DNA of 64,000 nucleotides from Escherichia coli (GTDB lineage Bacteria; Pseudomonadota; Gammaproteobacteria; Enterobacterales; Enterobacteriaceae): NCBI RefSeq assembly GCF_030013205.1, contig NZ_CP122648.1; one strand, 5' to 3'. Shown piece by piece: positions 55,502 to 64,000 of this stretch (position 1 is its first letter; each line of letters starts with the position of its first letter). The notes under the pieces were generated by a model. It saw only the letters and a program-made list of their open reading frames with translations, ran no database searches and was not told where the DNA came from. The position numbers and the translations under genes were made by a program.

Positions 55502-55555
55502 GCCACCCACCCTTAAACGTTTTTCTGAGTCAATCTATGCAAAGAAAAGTAAATC

Positions 55556-55580
55556 GCAGTGATAGCGATTATCATTACGG
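55556..55580 (-). promoter_or_regulatory. Fur-box-like sequence upstream of efeU (aatgataatcgctatc)
   Basis: GATAAT/ATTATC-rich dyad upstream of efeU start. Confidence 0.5.
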
Positions 55581-56154
55581 CAAAGAAAAATACAAGCGGA
55601 ATGTTTATAAAATGATGTTGGAATGTAAACAAAGAGAGGTAATGCCAGGGGATATAAACGATTATTCCAGGTACAAAGATGGGATTGTTTACAACGAGCC
55701 ATGTGTTCTTGCCAGATGCCGCGTAAACGCCTTATCCAGCCGACAAAACTGTCCAGACTCAATGCATCAGAGCTTCCATGTAAAACTGATAAGCGGGTGT
55801 ATCAAGCAATTTCGTCCATCCGCGATTATCAAATCTAACTTTTTGCCCGGAACATAATAACAGCTCGGGTGTCGGTGGCGTCAAAGTCGCTGAAGCGTTC
55901 CCCGAAGGCCGGGGCAGCCCACATGGATGTGGGCTGAGGGCGCGTCTTACAGGACATTACCTCGCGCCCGACCCGGTAGCCGAAGGGGATAAGCTGAAGG
56001 TACCGCGCAGCGGCGATTTTGTTCGCCAGAGCCCGGGGTGCAGGGGGTGGCGGCGATTGGCCGCCCCCTGCACCATTCAATTTATATGGCGAGGCACATT
56101 AAGGGAGCGCAACCCGCTGCTGAAGCCAAACAAAACCGCCGCAGGCTAAGTCCC

Positions 56155-57663
<1,509 letters not shown>

Positions 57664-57849
57664 CTAAAGTCTCCAAAAAATTATTATCGGCAATGTCGAA
57701 ACTTGCCGTTATATCTGCCACCGGAACGGGGTAACAGAGTTTATGTTTTACCAGGGCGACCGTATCCTGCCGGAAGCGCTGGTTATTCACAATCGATTTA
57801 ACACACCATTTACATTAAATTTTAGTGCTCAGCGACACTATTTTTCATC

Positions 57850-58062
57850 AGGTTGCACTCTCTCACATTTTTTGCGGTTGCACCTTTCAAAAATGTTAAC
57901 TGCCGCAGAGAAAAAGTCTGAGTTATTTTTTTAATCCCTGTCATATCGATTTCTTTTATTAACATTTCATTCATTTTTAAGCTTGCTACGCAGGTCACAT
58001 TTAACATGGTTGCACAAAGTTGCAACATCATGGATATTTCACGATAACGTTAAGTTGCACCT
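57850..58062. promoter_or_regulatory. put control region with five GTTGCA PutA operator motifs
   Basis: GTTGCA at 57852, 57887, 58009, 58019 and 58054 in the putP-putA intergenic DNA. Confidence 0.7.
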
Positions 58063-58085
58063 TTCAGAACAACAGGAGTAATGGC

Positions 58086-61000
58086 ATGGGAACCACCACC
58101 ATGGGGGTTAAGCTGGACGACGCGACGCGTGAGCGTATTAAGTCTGCCGCGACACGTATCGATCGCACGCCACACTGGTTAATTAAGCAGGCGATTTTTT
58201 CTTATCTTGAACAACTGGAAAACAGCGATACTCTTCCGGAGCTACCTGCGCTGCTTTCTGGCGCGGCCAATGAGAGCGATGAAGCACCGACTCCGGCAGA
58301 GGAACCACACCAGCCTTTCCTCGACTTTGCCGAGCAAATTTTGCCCCAGTCGGTTTCCCGCGCCGCGATCACCGCTGCCTATCGCCGCCCGGAAACCGAA
58401 GCGGTTTCGATGCTGCTGGAACAAGCCCGCCTGCCGCAGCCAGTTGCTGAACAGGCGCATAAACTGGCATATCAACTGGCCGATAAACTGCGTAATCAAA
58501 AAAATGCCAGTGGTCGCGCAGGTATGGTCCAGGGGTTATTGCAGGAGTTTTCGCTGTCATCGCAGGAAGGCGTGGCGCTGATGTGTCTGGCAGAAGCGTT
58601 GTTGCGTATTCCCGACAAAGCCACCCGCGACGCGTTAATTCGCGACAAAATCAGCAACGGTAACTGGCAGTCACACATTGGTCGTAGCCCGTCCCTGTTT
58701 GTTAATGCCGCGACCTGGGGGCTGCTGTTTACTGGCAAACTGGTTTCCACCCATAACGAAGCCAGCCTCTCACGCTCGCTGAACCGCATTATCGGTAAGA
58801 GTGGTGAACCGCTGATCCGCAAAAGTGTGGATATGGCGATGCGCCTGATGGGCGAGCAGTTCGTCACTGGCGAAACCATCGCGGAAGCGTTAGCCAATGC
58901 CCGCAAGCTGGAAGAGAAAGGTTTCCGTTACTCTTACGACATGCTGGGCGAAGCCGCGCTGACTGCCGCAGATGCACAGGCGTATATGGTTTCCTATCAG
59001 CAGGCGATTCACGCCATTGGTAAAGCGTCCAATGGTCGTGGCATCTATGAAGGTCCGGGCATTTCAATCAAGCTGTCGGCGCTGCATCCGCGATACAGCC
59101 GCGCCCAGTATGATCGGGTAATGGAAGAGCTTTACCCGCGTCTGAAATCACTCACCCTGCTGGCGCGTCAGTACGATATTGGTATTAACATCGATGCCGA
59201 AGAGGCCGATCGTCTGGAGATCTCCCTCGATCTGCTGGAAAAACTCTGTTTCGAGCCGGAACTGGCAGGCTGGAACGGCATCGGTTTTGTTATTCAGGCT
59301 TATCAAAAACGCTGTCCGTTGGTGATTGATTACCTGATTGATCTCGCCACCCGCAGCCGTCGCCGTCTGATGATTCGCCTGGTGAAAGGCGCGTACTGGG
59401 ATAGTGAAATCAAGCGCGCGCAGATGGACGGCCTTGAAGGTTATCCGGTTTATACCCGCAAGGTGTATACCGACGTTTCATATCTCGCCTGTGCGAAAAA
59501 GCTGCTGGCGGTGCCGAATCTAATCTACCCGCAGTTCGCAACGCATAACGCCCATACGCTGGCGGCAATTTATCAACTGGCGGGTCAGAACTACTACCCG
59601 GGTCAGTACGAGTTCCAGTGCCTGCACGGTATGGGCGAGCCACTGTATGAGCAGGTCACCGGGAAAGTTGCCGACGGCAAACTTAACCGTCCGTGTCGTA
59701 TTTATGCTCCTGTCGGTACACATGAAACGCTGCTGGCGTATCTGGTGCGTCGCCTGCTGGAAAACGGTGCTAACACCTCGTTTGTTAACCGTATTGCTGA
59801 CACCTCTTTGCCACTGGATGAACTGGTCGCCGATCCGGTCACTGCTGTAGAAAAACTGGCGCAACAGGAAGGGCAAACTGGATTACCGCATCCGAAAATT
59901 CCCCTGCCGCGCGATCTTTACGGTCACGGGCGCGACAACTCGGCAGGGCTGGATCTCGCTAACGAACACCGTCTGGCCTCGCTCTCTTCTGCCCTGCTCA
60001 ATAGTGCACTGCAAAAATGGCAGGCCTTGCCAATGCTGGAACAACCGGTCACGGCTGGTGAGATGTCGCCCGTTATTAACCCGGCAGAGCCGAAAGATAT
60101 TGTGGGCTATGTGCGCGAAGCCACGCCGAGTGAAGTAGAACAGGCGCTGGAAAGTGCGGTTAATAACGCACCAATCTGGTTTGCCACGCCTCCGGCTGAA
60201 CGCGCGGCAATTTTGCATCGCGCTGCCGTGCTGATGGAAAGCCAGATGCAGCAACTGATTGGTATTCTGGTGCGTGAGGCCGGAAAAACCTTCAGTAACG
60301 CCATTGCCGAAGTGCGCGAAGCGGTCGATTTTCTCCACTACTACGCCGGACAGGTGCGGGATGATTTCGCTAACGAAACCCACCGTCCATTAGGGCCTGT
60401 GGTATGTATCAGTCCGTGGAACTTCCCGCTGGCGATTTTCACCGGGCAGATCGCTGCCGCACTGGCGGCAGGTAACAGCGTGCTGGCAAAACCGGCAGAA
60501 CAAACGCCGCTGATTGCCGCGCAAGGGATCGCAATTTTGCTGGAAGCGGGTGTACCGCCAGGCGTGGTGCAGTTGCTGCCAGGTCAGGGGGAAACCGTGG
60601 GCGCGCAACTGACGGGTGATGATCGCGTGCGCGGGGTGATGTTTACCGGTTCAACCGAAGTCGCTACGTTACTGCAACGCAATATCGCCAGCCGCCTGGA
60701 CGCTCAGGGTCGCCCTATTCCGCTCATCGCTGAAACCGGCGGCATGAACGCGATGATTGTCGATTCTTCAGCACTGACCGAACAAGTAGTAATAGATGTG
60801 CTGGCCTCGGCGTTCGACAGTGCGGGTCAGCGTTGTTCGGCGCTGCGCGTGCTGTGCCTGCAAGATGAGATTGCCGACCACACGTTGAAAATGCTGCGCG
60901 GCGCAATGGCCGAATGCCGGATGGGTAATCCGGGTCGCCTGACCACCGATATCGGTCCGGTGATTGATAGCGAAGCGAAAGCCAATATTGAGCGTCATAT

Positions 61001-62048
61001 TCAGACTATGCGTAGTAAAGGCCGTCCGGTGTTCCAGGCGGTGCGGGAAAACAGTGAAGATGCCCGTGAATGGCAAAGCGGCACCTTTGTCGCGCCGACG
61101 CTTATCGAACTGGATGATTTTGCCGAATTGCAAAAAGAGGTCTTTGGTCCGGTGCTGCATGTGGTGCGTTATAACCGTAACCAGCTGCCGGAGCTGATCG
61201 AGCAGATTAACGCTTCCGGCTATGGTCTGACGCTTGGCGTTCATACGCGTATTGATGAAACCATCGCCCAGGTCACTGGCTCGGCCCATGTCGGTAACCT
61301 GTACGTTAACCGTAATATGGTGGGCGCAGTGGTCGGGGTGCAGCCATTCGGCGGCGAAGGGTTGTCCGGCACCGGGCCGAAAGCAGGCGGTCCGCTCTAT
61401 CTCTACCGTCTGCTGGCGAATCGCCCGGAAAGTGCACTGGCAGTGACGCTCGCGCGTCAGGATGCAGAGTATCCGGTCGATGCGCAGTTGAAAGCCGCAT
61501 TGACTCAGCCGCTAAATGCACTGCGGGAATGGGCGGCAAACCGTCCAGAATTGCAGGCGTTATGTACGCAATATGGCGAGCTGGCGCAGGCAGGAACACA
61601 ACGATTGCTGCCAGGGCCGACGGGTGAACGCAACACCTGGACGCTGCTGCCGCGCGAGCGCGTGTTGTGTATTGCGGATGATGAGCAGGATGCGCTGACT
61701 CAGCTCGCCGCCGTGCTGGCGGTGGGCAGCCAGGTGCTGTGGCCGGATGACGCGCTGCATCGTCAGTTAGTGAAGGCATTGCCATCGGCAGTCAGCGAAC
61801 GTATTCAACTGGCGAAAGCGGAAAATATAACCGCTCAACCGTTTGATGCGGTGATCTTCCACGGTGATTCGGATCAGCTTCGCGCATTGTGTGAAGCAGT
61901 TGCCGCGCGGGATGGCGCAATTGTTTCGGTGCAGGGTTTTGCCCGTGGCGAAAGCAATATCCTGCTGGAACGGCTGTATATCGAGCGTTCGCTGAGTGTG
62001 AATACCGCTGCCGCTGGCGGTAACGCCAGTTTAATGACGATCGGTTAA
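58086..62048 (+). CDS. putA: Bifunctional proline dehydrogenase / P5C dehydrogenase and repressor PutA
   Basis: Start placed at MGTTTMGVKLDD (~1320 aa); RHH N-terminus and aldehyde dehydrogenase region. Confidence 0.9.
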   Translation: MGTTTMGVKLDDATRERIKSAATRIDRTPHWLIKQAIFSYLEQLENSDTLPELPALLSGAANESDEAPTPAEEPHQPFLDFAEQILPQSVSRAAITAAYRRPETEAVSMLLEQARLPQPVAEQAHKLAYQLADKLRNQKNASGRAGMVQGLLQEFSLSSQEGVALMCLAEALLRIPDKATRDALIRDKISNGNWQSHIGRSPSLFVNAATWGLLFTGKLVSTHNEASLSRSLNRIIGKSGEPLIRKSVDMAMRLMGEQFVTGETIAEALANARKLEEKGFRYSYDMLGEAALTAADAQAYMVSYQQAIHAIGKASNGRGIYEGPGISIKLSALHPRYSRAQYDRVMEELYPRLKSLTLLARQYDIGINIDAEEADRLEISLDLLEKLCFEPELAGWNGIGFVIQAYQKRCPLVIDYLIDLATRSRRRLMIRLVKGAYWDSEIKRAQMDGLEGYPVYTRKVYTDVSYLACAKKLLAVPNLIYPQFATHNAHTLAAIYQLAGQNYYPGQYEFQCLHGMGEPLYEQVTGKVADGKLNRPCRIYAPVGTHETLLAYLVRRLLENGANTSFVNRIADTSLPLDELVADPVTAVEKLAQQEGQTGLPHPKIPLPRDLYGHGRDNSAGLDLANEHRLASLSSALLNSALQKWQALPMLEQPVTAGEMSPVINPAEPKDIVGYVREATPSEVEQALESAVNNAPIWFATPPAERAAILHRAAVLMESQMQQLIGILVREAGKTFSNAIAEVREAVDFLHYYAGQVRDDFANETHRPLGPVVCISPWNFPLAIFTGQIAAALAAGNSVLAKPAEQTPLIAAQGIAILLEAGVPPGVVQLLPGQGETVGAQLTGDDRVRGVMFTGSTEVATLLQRNIASRLDAQGRPIPLIAETGGMNAMIVDSSALTEQVVIDVLASAFDSAGQRCSALRVLCLQDEIADHTLKMLRGAMAECRMGNPGRLTTDIGPVIDSEAKANIERHIQTMRSKGRPVFQAVRENSEDAREWQSGTFVAPTLIELDDFAELQKEVFGPVLHVVRYNRNQLPELIEQINASGYGLTLGVHTRIDETIAQVTGSAHVGNLYVNRNMVGAVVGVQPFGGEGLSGTGPKAGGPLYLYRLLANRPESALAVTLARQDAEYPVDAQLKAALTQPLNALREWAANRPELQALCTQYGELAQAGTQRLLPGPTGERNTWTLLPRERVLCIADDEQDALTQLAAVLAVGSQVLWPDDALHRQLVKALPSAVSERIQLAKAENITAQPFDAVIFHGDSDQLRALCEAVAARDGAIVSVQGFARGESNILLERLYIERSLSVNTAAAGGNASLMTIG

Positions 62049-62087
62049 GCAGGAAGCCGGAGGATGTTACAACCTCCTCCGGCATCT

Positions 62088-62726
62088 TTAACGTGGTCGA
62101 ATCCCCTCAATAATAATCCGCTGCACGTTTTCAACCGTTTGATTGAAAAATACCTCATCGCGCAACGTCGCGCCTGTCACCGCCTCCACCTGAGGGGCGA
62201 AATCGGCGTAATGTTGAGTGGAAGCCCAAATCATAAAAATCAAATGCTGCGGATCAATCGGCGCGAGTTTGCCGCTTTTGACCCAACCGGCAATCAGCGC
62301 CGATTTCTCATCAATTAATGCTTTCAAATCACCCGTCAGTTCATCCATTAACAGCGGTGCGCCTGCCAGCATCTCCATACAAAACAGACGTGAAGCCTGC
62401 GGATAATCGCGTGAGACTTCCAGCTTCAGACGGATGTACTCTTTGATCGCCGCCAGCGGGGCGAAATCTTCACGAAACGCTTTTAACGGTGCCAGCCAGA
62501 TATCGAGAATCTGCCGCAGTACGGCTATATACAGCGCCTCTTTTGACGGGAAGTAATACAGCAAATTGGTTTTTGAAACGCCTGCCAACTCTGCGATCTG
62601 CTCCAGCCTTGTGCCGTGAAAACCGAATTGTGAAAAAGTGTCCAGTGCTGCGCTAAGAATCGCTTTTTTCTTCGCGCTCACTGCGCGCGAACGTTTACCC
62701 GTTGTTTTCACTGCGCCTTGCGTCAT
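62088..62726 (-). CDS. rutR: TetR-family regulator RutR
   Basis: HTH LEQIAELAGVSKTNLLYYF; start placed at MTQGAVKT (~212 aa). Confidence 0.85.
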   Translation of the reverse strand: MTQGAVKTTGKRSRAVSAKKKAILSAALDTFSQFGFHGTRLEQIAELAGVSKTNLLYYFPSKEALYIAVLRQILDIWLAPLKAFREDFAPLAAIKEYIRLKLEVSRDYPQASRLFCMEMLAGAPLLMDELTGDLKALIDEKSALIAGWVKSGKLAPIDPQHLIFMIWASTQHYADFAPQVEAVTGATLRDEVFFNQTVENVQRIIIEGIRPR

Positions 62727-62912
62727 GCGCTCTCCCCTCTTGTAGATTGGCAACAGGATAGCAAAACCCCTGCCCGGCCTCGACCTTCTGCACTTTCATC
62801 GCGCACGGATGCATGTTTTATGTGCAACTGTTTTGACCGTTTAGTCCACTTTTTTCCAGATATTTTAGACAACTTAACATTAACATATTAATAACATTCA
62901 CTTTTTAAAAAC

Positions 62913-62928
62913 TGGCATCCGCTTTGCA
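62913..62928 (+). promoter_or_regulatory. Sigma-54 (-24/-12) promoter of the rut operon (TGGCATccgctTTGCA)
   Basis: GG and GC elements with canonical spacing, ~30 bp upstream of rutA start. Confidence 0.7.
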
Positions 62929-62956
62929 AACAAACCATTACGCGGCTGAAAAGGAT

Positions 62957-64000
62957 ATGCAGGATGCAGCGCCCCGTCTGACTTTCACTTTACGAGACGA
63001 AGAGAGGTTGATGATGAAAATTGGCGTATTCGTACCTATTGGCAACAACGGCTGGCTCATTTCGACCCACGCGCCGCAGTACATGCCGACCTTTGAACTG
63101 AATAAAGCCATTGTGCAAAAAGCGGAGCACTACCATTTCGACTTCGCCCTGTCGATGATCAAACTGCGTGGCTTTGGCGGCAAAACTGAGTTCTGGGATC
63201 ACAACCTTGAGTCGTTCACCTTGATGGCGGGGCTGGCGGCCGTCACCTCGCGCATTCAGATTTACGCCACTGCCGCCACCTTAACGTTACCTCCGGCAAT
63301 CGTCGCCCGTATGGCCGCAACCATTGACTCCATCTCTGGCGGGCGTTTTGGCGTCAACCTCGTGACTGGCTGGCAAAAGCCTGAGTATGAGCAGATGGGT
63401 ATCTGGCCTGGCGATGACTATTTCTCCCGTCGTTACGACTATCTCACCGAATATGTTCAGGTGCTGCGCGACCTGTGGGGCACGGGCAAAAGCAATTTTA
63501 AAGGCGATTTTTTCACCATGAATGATTGTCGCGTCAGTCCGCAACCGAGCGTACCCATGAAAGTGATCTGCGCCGGGCAAAGCAACGCTGGCATGGCGTT
63601 CTCCGCTCAGTATGCCGATTTCAACTTCTGTTTCGGCAAAGGCGTAAATACACCCACGGCTTTCGCCCCGACCGCTGCGCGGATGAAACAGGCCGCAGAG
63701 CAAACCGGGCGCGACGTTGGCTCTTATGTGTTGTTTATGGTGATTGCCGACGAAACCGACGATGCCGCTCGCACCAAATGGGAACACTACAAAGCGGGCG
63801 CGGATGAAGAGGCGTTAAGCTGGCTAACCGAACAAAGTCAGAAAGATACCCGCTCCGGTACTGACACCAACGTCCGTCAGATGGCCGATCCCACTTCGGC
63901 GGTAAACATCAACATGGGGACGTTAGTCGGTTCTTACGCCAGTGTTGCTCGCATGTTAGATGAAGTCGCAAGCGTGCCTGGTGCCGAAGGCGTGCTGTTG
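62957..64000 (+). CDS. rutA: Pyrimidine monooxygenase RutA (luciferase-like), 3'-truncated by window edge
   Basis: [44 protein letters not shown]... open to window end. Confidence 0.85.
   Translation, partial: MQDAAPRLTFTLRDEERLMMKIGVFVPIGNNGWLISTHAPQYMPTFELNKAIVQKAEHYHFDFALSMIKLRGFGGKTEFWDHNLESFTLMAGLAAVTSRIQIYATAATLTLPPAIVARMAATIDSISGGRFGVNLVTGWQKPEYEQMGIWPGDDYFSRRYDYLTEYVQVLRDLWGTGKSNFKGDFFTMNDCRVSPQPSVPMKVICAGQSNAGMAFSAQYADFNFCFGKGVNTPTAFAPTAARMKQAAEQTGRDVGSYVLFMVIADETDDAARTKWEHYKAGADEEALSWLTEQSQKDTRSGTDTNVRQMADPTSAVNINMGTLVGSYASVARMLDEVASVPGAEGVLL

Noticed and set aside
60768-61785. Long minus-strand ORFs (173 and 159 aa) inside putA
   Set aside because: Antisense to the highly conserved putA coding sequence in GC-rich DNA; composition artefacts.

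Overview
This window reads as an Escherichia coli chromosomal segment (csgDEFG ... ghrA – tRNA-Ser – [island] – dgcT/ycdT – pgaABCD – phoH – efeBOU – putP/putA – rutR/rutA), inverted relative to the usual K-12 map. Between the tRNA-Ser 3' end (5502) and a 14-bp direct repeat of that end (42513-42526) lies a ~37-kb integrase-bearing genomic island, recognised from memory of the proteins and motifs, not from any database search. The island carries: (i) a CP4-type module (YeeW-like, CbtA/CbeA-family toxin/antitoxin, antirestriction protein, 5' fragment of antigen 43 with its Dam/OxyR switch intact, YeeP-type GTPase); (ii) an apparently complete type IC hsdM-hsdS-hsdR system with a 12-bp tandem repeat in hsdS; (iii) a decayed second restriction-like locus (truncated hsdM, DUF1524-like nuclease region, hsdR N-terminal stub) flanking an intact 1915-aa helicase/Vsr-like nuclease protein whose architecture matches the single-gene Hhe-type defence family; (iv) heavy mobile-element traffic: IS5, IS2, two IS1 copies, and an IS3-family element carrying both an IS30 and a group II intron; (v) a ~607-aa AT-rich gene of unknown function split by IS2, and a ~1.2-kb ORF-free strand-skewed tract. 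The most interesting candidates are the Hhe-like protein and its decayed type I context, and the IS2-inactivated unknown gene. Outside the island the genes are housekeeping; efeU appears intact, unlike the K-12 frameshifted allele. Coordinates of motifs and junctions were worked out by hand from the sequence.
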